The notes under the pieces: model-generated
What the model was told of the DNA's origin: nothing
The model's input: only the letters and a program-made list of their open reading frames with translations
Database searches by the model: none
Made by a program: the position numbers and the translations under genes
Part shown: positions 1 to 7,480 of the stretch, in pieces
Position numbering within the stretch: position 1 is the stretch's first letter
How the letters are laid out: the number at the start of each line of letters is the position of its first letter
Assembly: GCA_964577555.1 (NCBI GenBank)
Contig: CAZNZM010000005.1
Span: forward strand, 1-32,000
DNA length: 32,000 nt
Direction: 5' to 3'
From: an uncultured archaeon
Lineage (GTDB): Archaea; Iainarchaeota; Iainarchaeia; Iainarchaeales; Iainarchaeaceae

Positions 1-719
1 AAGTTCCATTTAGGTTCTAAAGTATAAGAGTATTTAATTATTGGATTGTTGGATTTAATCAAGTTGAAAACAGCAACAACACTAACATTATTATTCACAT
101 TTATTGTGCATGTGCTTGTTCCAGAGCATGCTCCACTCCAACCTGCAAATACTGATCCTGTGTTTGGAGTTGCTGTTAACGTTATTGTTGTGCCGTTTGC
201 ATGCGTTTCTGTGCAATCAGAACCGCAATTAATTCCTGTCCCTGTAATTGTTCCAGAACCAGAGCCAGATTTGGAAACCGAAATAAAGTAAGTTGTTGGT
301 GTAGTTTCTATGTGGTATTCATGTGTTCCATAATCTGGCGCATTACCATATAATACTCGTTCTCCATCAGATTTTTTATATAACCATATTTTGTCACCGT
401 TGGACCAGTTGGTTGGAGAGGCAAGTGTTATAGTATTTGTTGAATAATCTATTGATTTAATTTCAACTACATTGTTTATTGATCCAATAGCAATCCAATC
501 TGGGAATAATGTGACTTTTCTTGCAAGATCTGAACCCAAAGAACCATCTTGGAAATACAAAGCATCTCCTACTGTTAAATTCCTTGAATTAGAACCATTG
601 CCTACTGCAACAGTCAAATGAACTCCGCCATCTATAGCTGGCGAGTTAGCTGTCAAATTTAGGTTTGGATAATTTAAATTTTTAGGATCCGACAAATCAG
701 GATTTTCAAATTTTGGGTT
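1..719 (-). pseudogene. C-terminal part of a secreted beta-helix / 'bacterial repeat' (InlB B-repeat-like) surface protein, N-terminally truncated, running off the left edge of the window
   Basis: My minus-strand translation is open from 719 to 1 (NPKFENPDLSDPKNLNYPNLNLTANSPAIDGG...ISVSKSGSGSGTITGTGINCGSDCTETHANGTTITLTATPNTGSVFAGWSGACSGTSTCTINVNNNVSVVAVFN). SPAIDGG is typical of the end of parallel beta-helix proteins and GTTITLTATPNTGSVFAGWSGAC is typical of the bacterial repeat. An in-frame TGA lies at 722-720 and there is no convincing start codon after it. Confidence 0.6.
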
Positions 720-829
720 TCAAAGTTTAATACTGCTAAAATTAGTAATAAGAAACTTTTAATTGGAAAGATATTCTATAAATATATTTTTTGGTTTATA
801 GTTAAATAATATTATGTTGTTATTTTTTT

Positions 830-1465
830 GTGGCTGAAAAGTTTAATCTTGCGATTTGTATACCTTCAGGCAGGTTTGTAGATTTTCACTTTTTCAAATC
901 TTTTGCAAAATCAATTCCGCAAATATTGATGTCTTATAATACTGCAATATTGCCTGTTTCGTCTCCATATATACAGGAAAATCGTAATGAAATAGTTCGC
1001 AGGGCTTTGTTAACCGAAAATAAAATAAAGGATTTCAAATTTGATTTTTTTCTTTGGCTTGATACCGACATGGTTTTTGATCAAAGCCAAGTTGGTTTTT
1101 TATTGCGGCATTTGGAAAACGGCTTGGATTTTGTTTCAGGGCTTTATTTCAATCCAAAAGGCGATAAATTGTTGCCAGTTGCTTTTAGGAGGAAGGGCGA
1201 CATATACGAGTGGCTGCAAAAAGACGAGCTTTCAGGTTTAATGGAAGTGGATGCCGTCGGCTTCGGATTTTGTGCTTTCAAGGCCGAAATTGCAAGAAGG
1301 CTTTCAGAAAAATACAACAACAGGATTTTTGATTTGCGTTATCTTCCAAATGGAGGTCTTATAGGCGAAGACCAAGTTTTTTGCGAGAGAGTTAAAGAAT
1401 TAGGTTTTAAAATTTGGCTTGATTCTAATATATTGATAAAGCATGCAAAGGGTTTGATTCCTTGA
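830..1465 (+). CDS. glycosyltransferase, GT-A fold / family 2-like
   Basis: ORF with GTG start. Nucleotide-sugar transferase features: LAICIPSGR near the N-terminus, FFLWLDTDMVF (DxD motif), and C-terminal GEDQVFCERVKELGFKIWLDSNILIKH. Confidence 0.75.
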   Translation: MAEKFNLAICIPSGRFVDFHFFKSFAKSIPQILMSYNTAILPVSSPYIQENRNEIVRRALLTENKIKDFKFDFFLWLDTDMVFDQSQVGFLLRHLENGLDFVSGLYFNPKGDKLLPVAFRRKGDIYEWLQKDELSGLMEVDAVGFGFCAFKAEIARRLSEKYNNRIFDLRYLPNGGLIGEDQVFCERVKELGFKIWLDSNILIKHAKGLIP

Positions 1466-1493
1466 AAAGCGATTTTTTGTTTTTTTGCAACAA

Positions 1494-1880
1494 TCATTTT
1501 TTGTCAGGATAAAATTCAAGTGCAATTGAGTTTATACAATACCTTTTTTTTGTTGGCGCAGGGCCATCATCAAATACATGCCCAAGATGCGAACCACATT
1601 TTGCGCATTTAACTTCAATTCTATGCATAAAAAATCGGTAATCGTCCTTAAATTCAACTTTGTTTTTTTCCAAAATATCATAAAAGCTTGGCCAACCAGT
1701 GCCTGATTCAAATTTGGTTTTTGAGGAAAATAGAGGTTCATTGCAAACAACACAAACATAAATTCCTTTTTCTTTATTGTTCAAGAATTTTCCTGAAAAT
1801 GGCGGTTCAGTTCCTCCAAGAATGCATATGTTATATTGTTCCTGTGAAAGTTTTTTTTCATTCTTGTTGTCTTTCCTCAT
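1494..1880 (-). CDS. msrB: peptide-methionine (R)-S-oxide reductase
   Basis: Family motifs GGTEPPFSGKF, ESGTGWPSFYD, CVVC and CAKC zinc cysteines, GSHLGHVFDDGPAPTKKRYCINSIALEF with the catalytic Cys. Confidence 0.95.
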   Translation of the reverse strand: MRKDNKNEKKLSQEQYNICILGGTEPPFSGKFLNNKEKGIYVCVVCNEPLFSSKTKFESGTGWPSFYDILEKNKVEFKDDYRFFMHRIEVKCAKCGSHLGHVFDDGPAPTKKRYCINSIALEFYPDKK

Positions 1881-1937
1881 TCAAAATAAAATATCCACAA
1901 TGCATTAAAAAAATAAATTATTGACAACAATTTTTTT

Positions 1938-2024
1938 TGGTGCGGAGGGGAGGATTCGAACCTCCGAAGGCACTAAGCCACCAGGTTCTAAGCCTGGCCG
2001 AATTGACCGCTATCGGACCCCCGC
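1938..2024 (-). tRNA. tRNA-Leu(UAG), including encoded CCA (mature body 1941-2024)
   Basis: Folded by eye: acceptor GCGGGGG/CCUCCGC, anticodon stem CCAGG/CCUGG with loop CUUAGAA (anticodon UAG), long variable arm GGC-UUAGU-GCC, T arm GGAGG-UUCGAAU-CCUCC, discriminator A followed by CCA. Confidence 0.96.
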
Positions 2025-2052
2025 ATTACAAATACTTAATATTGTATAAGCG

Positions 2053-2060
2053 TTTTTAAA
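2053..2060 (-). promoter_or_regulatory. Candidate TATA element for tRNA-Leu
   Basis: Minus-strand TTTAAAAA centred about 32 nt upstream of the tRNA 5' end. Confidence 0.35.
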
Positions 2061-2123
2061 GCGGTTTTGAGTTGGATATTCAAGCTATTTTCAGAATTTG
2101 TCATTTTATATTTTTAGTTTTTT

Positions 2124-3926
2124 TTATTCGTTTTTGCTTTTCAAATAATATACAAAATACTTGCTGTTTTGAAAGATTATTGGATAACCTGTGTCATTTT
2201 GTGTTTCAAGCACCATGTACTTTATTCCATATTCCTTTACAATTCGCTTGATTTCTGAAGGGTCGATTTTTGCTTTTTCCGCCATTTTCATTCTTTTTTT
2301 CCATTCAAATGCATATTTCCTATCAAATACTCCTTGGGCGCTTGCTCCCGGGCTTACAAAAATTCCTTTATGGCATTTCATTCTCAGAATTGCATTAAGG
2401 TAGCTTGCGTAAGGATCAGTCAGAAAAATGTCTTCTTTTTTAGTATTGTTTTGTATCCAAGTGCACAACTCGGATGATTTTTGATCTTCTTCATACGGCG
2501 AATTGAAGCTGAATAATGGCAGAAGCATAATTGAAAGAGCCAATGGTGTTGCCATTGATATTTTTTCCCAGTTTCTTTCCAAAAAAGCCTTGTGTTTTTT
2601 TGTTGCAACTTTCAATATGATTATGGCAATAATAAAAATCAATGCCAAGTATTCTGGATTTTTTTTCTCTATAAACATGAGTACCACAACTGCGACAGAA
2701 CTTAAAGCAAGTAACAATGCTTTTGTCTTATTGTCCAAGTTTATCCATTTTTTCTGAAATGCATTTTCTTTAATGAAGGAAAGAGTAAAAACAGGAATGA
2801 AGGCGAATATCATAATTTCTTTTAGCCAGACAGATAAAATTATGCCTATGATTGAAATGTTTGTTATTAGGTCATCAGGATTTTTGATGATGTAATTTAT
2901 GCCGTATCCTATAAACAGCATTACTGCCGTCAATTCAAAAATTGTTGCAGACCTAGCAAGTTGTGCTTGTACAAAAATTTGTATTTTTAATATATCTGCA
3001 AAAATGATTGCAGCTACAAATAGCAGTAATGGAATTATTGCACAGAGTAATGCTATTGCTGCTTTTTTCTTGCCTGTTTTATTTATCCATTGCCAACCTG
3101 CAAAAAATAGAAGTGAAAATGCTGCATAATATAAAATCATTTGTATTCTGCCTGTTGTGACAAAAAGATAATTATTTGTTTCAACCAGAATGTTAAACCA
3201 TTCTTGGTCCATTGCATTAAATTCAGGTCGTACAATTGAAGGTGTTGCAATAAAAAATATCAAAATAGAAATCATAGGGATTGAAGCGAAAATAATTGAT
3301 GCGAAATTTTTTTCATTCATTATTCTATCCAAGATAATTCCATAATATATAATAAGAAAAGGCACTGTTGTAATAGGATGCATGAAAAATGATATGCCTG
3401 TCAATACACTGGCTTTGAATATTTTTCCTTCAACCAGAAAAGTCAAGGAAAGAATGGCTATAGAAAGTGCTGCCGCGCGTGGAACTAGTAAAATTTCTAC
3501 TGTAAGTGTCTGTGTCCCAAATACGCTTATGCCGCCTGACAATACTGCAGCAGCAATAATACTTATTGCCTTATTTTTGGAGAAGAAAAAAGCCAACCTA
3601 TAAATTCCCGCCAAAAAGATAAATCTAAAAAAAATTGTGAGAACAAATAATGCGATTGTTATGTTATTTCCAAAAATCTTTGATGCTAAAATGACGATCT
3701 CATCAAAATAAGTCATTTTTCCTTGGTCAAACTTTGTGATTATGTCATCGCCTAACCCGTTTTTGCCAAGACTTTCCTGAATTTTCGGGATATAATAAAC
3801 ATGGTCACTTGTAAAGACCCTGTATCCAGGTATGGCGACAATTGAAAATATTGTGATAAAGAAAATAATTACCGTGGCATTTGCATCTAATATTGTGTTT
3901 TTTTTATCTTGGCTTTGCAAAATCAT
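2124..3926 (-). CDS. Multipass membrane protein of unknown function, possibly GT-C-like glycosyltransferase
   Basis: 600-aa ORF with many hydrophobic segments and a soluble C-terminus (DIFLTDPYASYLNAILRMKCHKGIFVSPGA...EYGIKYMVLE), a layout seen in GT-C-like membrane enzymes. It overlaps the upstream FAD oxidoreductase gene by 4 nt. Confidence 0.6.
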   Translation of the reverse strand: MILQSQDKKNTILDANATVIIFFITIFSIVAIPGYRVFTSDHVYYIPKIQESLGKNGLGDDIITKFDQGKMTYFDEIVILASKIFGNNITIALFVLTIFFRFIFLAGIYRLAFFFSKNKAISIIAAAVLSGGISVFGTQTLTVEILLVPRAAALSIAILSLTFLVEGKIFKASVLTGISFFMHPITTVPFLIIYYGIILDRIMNEKNFASIIFASIPMISILIFFIATPSIVRPEFNAMDQEWFNILVETNNYLFVTTGRIQMILYYAAFSLLFFAGWQWINKTGKKKAAIALLCAIIPLLLFVAAIIFADILKIQIFVQAQLARSATIFELTAVMLFIGYGINYIIKNPDDLITNISIIGIILSVWLKEIMIFAFIPVFTLSFIKENAFQKKWINLDNKTKALLLALSSVAVVVLMFIEKKNPEYLALIFIIAIIILKVATKKHKAFLERNWEKISMATPLALSIMLLPLFSFNSPYEEDQKSSELCTWIQNNTKKEDIFLTDPYASYLNAILRMKCHKGIFVSPGASAQGVFDRKYAFEWKKRMKMAEKAKIDPSEIKRIVKEYGIKYMVLETQNDTGYPIIFQNSKYFVYYLKSKNE

Positions 3927-5323
3927 TTCACATAGCCTCTTTCGAAGTAATCATTTTCCGAGCCTATAGTGTCAATGTCGTATTTTTTTCTTTCAATAAT
4001 AGTTCTTGCCGCCATTATCCCCATTTCAAGCGAATGATCTTGGTTGGTGTATTTGAATCTTCCTAGTCTGCCAATGCATATCAAATTTTGAATACTTTCA
4101 AGGTAGTCCAGCACAATTTTTAGATTTTGTTTATAATACAGATCATAGACAGGATACACATATTCTTTTTTTATCAGGTAAGAATCAATTATTTCGTTTC
4201 TTTTCACAAAATTGAGTCTCTCAAGCCATTCTGAGACAAGCTCCAGTAATTCATCTTTTTTCATTTTCCATATTTTGTCGTCTTTCCAACAGAAAAATTC
4301 GATGAACAAAGAAGTTTTTCCTTCTGGCGACATTTTTACGGAAAAATTCCGCATTTCCGAAATTCTTCCGATGGGTATTTCAGTGTTTGGAAAATAAATC
4401 CATTGGTCATTGCTGACTGAAGGCTTGTTCAGAGTAATAAATAAGTATACTTGGCTCCTGAACTTTAGCTTAGATACTGCTTCCATTACTTTTTTTGGCG
4501 GAGAAGGTTCAAGCAGTTGACATAAGGAATTTATAGGTATTGAGGAAACAACCCAATTTGGGTTATTTATTTCAATTAGGTTACTTAATTTTACACGTTT
4601 TATTTTCCTTCCATTAATAAAAATTTTTTTTGGCTCTGTGTTGAGCAAAAAATCGTTGTTTTTTTCAACAATCCGCTTTTTTATTTCTTCATAAATCAAT
4701 CCTGTTCCTGAATCAGGATAAAAAAATTGATCAACCAAGGTTTTAGGGCCTTTTTTCTTCATTATAGAATTTTTTAGTATGGCAGTGATTGATAACCCTT
4801 TTATTCTTTGTTCGCCCCATTCCCAAGAAAGTTTATTGCATTCCAAACCCCATACTTTTCTAGTGTAGTTGAGTATATTGAATTCCGCGAGCGACCTGCC
4901 GAATTTTGAGACAACGTATTCTTCAAAATTTTTCGGTTGCTTTTTTGGTTTTACTTTTTCTTTCAAATAATCAATTATTACTGAAGCGGCTTTTTTTGGC
5001 CCCATTGTAAGCAATGCGCTTAATAAATCAACAGGATATTTGTAAAATTTTCCATCAATATAAAATCTTGTGAACCTGTTTACTTTTATCCATTTTTCTC
5101 CAAGGACGTCTTCAATCATGTCATAAAGATACTTGTTTTTGCTGAAGAATCTGTGAGGTCCATTGTCGGTTCTGAATTCGCCAAATTTATATGTCCTGCT
5201 CAAGCCACCTACTTCGCTTTCCTTTTCAACTAATATAAAATTTTTTCCGGCTTTGTGCAGTTCCATTGCACAAGCCATTCCTGCTGGACCAGCTCCTAAA
5301 ATTAGTATATTATTTTTTCCCAT
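3923..5323 (-). CDS. NAD(P)/FAD-dependent oxidoreductase, protoporphyrinogen-oxidase-like / UDP-galactopyranose-mutase-like amine oxidase superfamily
   Basis: N-terminal dinucleotide fold ILILGAGPAGMACAMELHKAGKNFILVEKESEVGGLSRTYKFGEFRTDNGPHRFFS; C-terminal GLFR-like segment ICIGRLGRFKYTNQDHSLEMGIMAARTI. Confidence 0.88.
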   Translation of the reverse strand: MGKNNILILGAGPAGMACAMELHKAGKNFILVEKESEVGGLSRTYKFGEFRTDNGPHRFFSKNKYLYDMIEDVLGEKWIKVNRFTRFYIDGKFYKYPVDLLSALLTMGPKKAASVIIDYLKEKVKPKKQPKNFEEYVVSKFGRSLAEFNILNYTRKVWGLECNKLSWEWGEQRIKGLSITAILKNSIMKKKGPKTLVDQFFYPDSGTGLIYEEIKKRIVEKNNDFLLNTEPKKIFINGRKIKRVKLSNLIEINNPNWVVSSIPINSLCQLLEPSPPKKVMEAVSKLKFRSQVYLFITLNKPSVSNDQWIYFPNTEIPIGRISEMRNFSVKMSPEGKTSLFIEFFCWKDDKIWKMKKDELLELVSEWLERLNFVKRNEIIDSYLIKKEYVYPVYDLYYKQNLKIVLDYLESIQNLICIGRLGRFKYTNQDHSLEMGIMAARTIIERKKYDIDTIGSENDYFERGYVK

Positions 5324-5588
5324 TTGAAAACCTTTTTTTTTATATTCTCAAGTCAAGCAAACAACTTTTTCAATTGTTTTTTTGTGCAATATTTATCCAA
5401 ATTTATTTTACTTTTCATTAATTATAAATCTAATTTAATTAGTTTTAAATAATTTAAATTGGTTTGCATTTATTTTATGTCTGTGAAATCATGCTTCGTT
5501 TGGTACTTAAATAGCTCGCGTCTTTGGCAATCGCTAATCAGTTTAAAGTAAAAAACACATGATTATTTTTGTAAATTGTCTAATTTGT

Positions 5589-5858
5589 CTAATTTTGAAT
5601 TGCTCCTTGGCTATGAGAGTAATAGTTTATCCTTGGAACAACCCTTATTTGTTGTGTTGCTGAAACATCAAACGCCATTTCAAGATCAAGTTTTGCTTGA
5701 ACAAACAACTTTATGGTATTATTAGTCATGTTTTGTAGCCAACTCATTGCACTGCCAAAAACGCCTTGCCCGAAATTGTTTTCGGAAATTATTTGTTCCG
5801 GAATCTCGAACTGGAAATCATAGATTTTTGGAATTCCAAGGGGTGTATTTTTTTTCAA
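5589..5858 (-). CDS. Hypothetical protein, 89 aa
   Basis: Open frame only, starting about 14 nt beyond the tRNA-Arg 3' end. No recognised family. Confidence 0.3.
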   Translation of the reverse strand: MKKNTPLGIPKIYDFQFEIPEQIISENNFGQGVFGSAMSWLQNMTNNTIKLFVQAKLDLEMAFDVSATQQIRVVPRINYYSHSQGAIQN

Positions 5859-5872
5859 GTGTTTATTTCTTA

Positions 5873-5966
5873 CGCCCCCACAGGGAATCGAACCCTGATT
5901 GCTGGTTTATTGCAAGCCTTTTTTTCTTTCCGCAAACCAGTTTCCTATCCATTAGAAGATGGGGGC
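5873..5966 (-). tRNA. tRNA-Arg(GCG) with 22-nt archaeal intron at position 37/38 (intron 5908-5929)
   Basis: Acceptor GCCCCCA/UGGGGGC; D arm with AAUGGAUAGGA (A20, Arg-like); anticodon stem CUGGU/ACCAG; T arm CAGGG-UUCGAUU-CCCUG; discriminator G, no encoded CCA. The anticodon loop region is 29 nt and folds as BHB: UUGC pairs GCAA, 3-nt bulges GGA and UAA, intron stem AAG/CUU. Splicing gives the 7-nt loop UUGCGGA. Confidence 0.92.
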
Positions 5967-6002
5967 TGTATTTTTGGCTGAAAATAAAAGGAAGTGAAAC
6001 AA

Positions 6003-6510
6003 TTAAAATTAGATTTTTTTTACAATTATTATTTTCAAAATCCTAAACAAAATTTTTTCAAACCATTTTTTTTATTTAGACCTTGTCTTGTTGCCTTTTT
6101 TTGTGTGGCAGCATTTTTCTTTTTTTGTTTTTGCAGTCGTTTTTTTTGTCTTTATTTTTCAGCTGTTTTTTTTGCAATTTTAGGCGTTGTCTATGTATTT
6201 TTTTTGTTTTTTCGTTGTTTGTTTTGCAAGCCATTTTTTGTGGCTTATTTTTTTCATGTCAAGTTTTTTTCTTAATTTTTTTTATTGGTTTTTTTGTTTT
6301 TTTTAATTTGTTTATTTTTTTGTGAGCCGATTTTTTTTATAGTCATTTTTTTTGTCATTATTTTTTTGTTAGTTGTTTTTTTTGTCAAGCCTTTTTTATA
6401 ATTTTTTTTACTTCATATTTTTTTGGCTTTTGCTAATTTTTTTATTTAAATTCAAATTTATTTTTTTGAACGGCTTTTTTTGTCCATCCAAATTTTTTTA
6501 TGTTTTTTTT
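6003..6510. other. About 500-nt low-complexity T-rich spacer (A-rich on the minus strand)
   Basis: Repeated T6-T8 tracts interspersed with words such as TTTTTTTGTC, GCAAGCCATTTTTTG and GTCAAGCCTTTTTT. ORFs here are Phe-rich on + and Lys-rich on -. Confidence 0.8.
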
Positions 6511-6531
6511 CAAAGTTGTTTTTTCAGCGGT

Positions 6532-7437
6532 TCAGACAAGCCTTATTACTTTGTCTTCAAAAAAAACCAAAGTTGTTTCTGCTTGGGTTACTATTTTGCC
6601 TTCTTGTTCTTTCAGCAATGGAAAAGCCATTATGGTTTTGGATTTTAGGAGTTCCCTTATCGCAATTTTTCTTGAAAAATCAGGAATGTTCAAGTCTCGT
6701 TGCAGCCATCTTTCAGCAAAAGGCAAGGTTTTATAATTTTCTTGAACGTAGTTAACTATTTTTCTTGCATCTATGTTTCTTATAGGTTTTTTTTCATTTA
6801 ATTGGAATATTTCAGCTTGGTTGCCTTCGATGACATATCCAGTGCCGTCAGTTGCAAATGGTTCTATTGCAACAGCCATGTCATTTTTCAATGTGTTTGA
6901 GTCTTTGGTTTGAATATTTGGAATAGAAGGTCCTGTGTGTGCATCGTATTCAGCTACTCCGTGGCCGCTTAGATTTTGTATAGGATTAAATCCTTTTTCT
7001 CTGATAGTTGTTTGTATTTTTTCCCCTATTTTTCCAACGATTATTCCATGTTTTGCAATTTTTACTGCTTCTTCCAAGGCTTCTTTGCTTGCCATAACCA
7101 TTTTTTCATATTTTCCAGAAAAATCGATTGTCATGGCCGAATCAGCTATAAAACCATCAACATGCACTCCTATGTCTACTTTTATTACGTCATTTTCTTC
7201 AACTTTGTCTTTTGATTCAAATGACGGAGTATAATGCGCGGCTATATTATTTTTTGAAAGATTGATTGGAAAAGCCGGTTTTCCGCCTTTTTTCTCTATT
7301 TCCGATTCTATTAATTCTGCGAATTCAAACAAGTTTGAACCGATTTTTAATTTTTGTTTTGCAATGTCCTGCATTTCCTTTGCTATTTCTCCGGCTTTTT
7401 TGTATTTTTGCAAAATTTCTTTGTCCATAAGAATCAA
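6532..7437 (-). CDS. map: Methionine aminopeptidase, type II (archaeal/eukaryotic)
   Basis: Metal-ligand motifs DVIKVDIGVHVDGFIADSAMT, LSGHGVAEYDAHTGPSIPN and VAIEPFATDGTG, plus the type II-like C-terminus. Confidence 0.95.
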   Translation of the reverse strand: MILMDKEILQKYKKAGEIAKEMQDIAKQKLKIGSNLFEFAELIESEIEKKGGKPAFPINLSKNNIAAHYTPSFESKDKVEENDVIKVDIGVHVDGFIADSAMTIDFSGKYEKMVMASKEALEEAVKIAKHGIIVGKIGEKIQTTIREKGFNPIQNLSGHGVAEYDAHTGPSIPNIQTKDSNTLKNDMAVAIEPFATDGTGYVIEGNQAEIFQLNEKKPIRNIDARKIVNYVQENYKTLPFAERWLQRDLNIPDFSRKIAIRELLKSKTIMAFPLLKEQEGKIVTQAETTLVFFEDKVIRLV

Positions 7438-7480
7438 ATTCTTTTCAAGACACGTTTAAATTGATATGCTTATTAAATTG

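Noticed and set aside
46-291. + strand ORF of 81 aa
   Set aside because: Antisense to a clearly recognisable repeat-domain protein on the minus strand; Pro/Val-rich composition is typical of a shadow frame.
3923-3926. Frameshift between the FAD oxidoreductase and the membrane protein
   Set aside because: The 4-nt overlap is an ordinary stop/start overlap; both proteins look complete at their ends.
5747-6046. + strand ORFs spanning the tRNA-Arg region
   Set aside because: They run through a well-supported tRNA gene on the opposite strand.
6003-6510. Possible CRISPR or regular tandem repeat array
   Set aside because: The recurring words are irregularly spaced and embedded in T tracts; no constant-length repeat/spacer structure and no cas genes in the window.
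5994-6755. Phe/Cys-rich + strand ORFs (93, 80, 91, 91, 78 aa)
   Set aside because: Products of T-rich low-complexity DNA or antisense to map; no credible protein composition or family signal.
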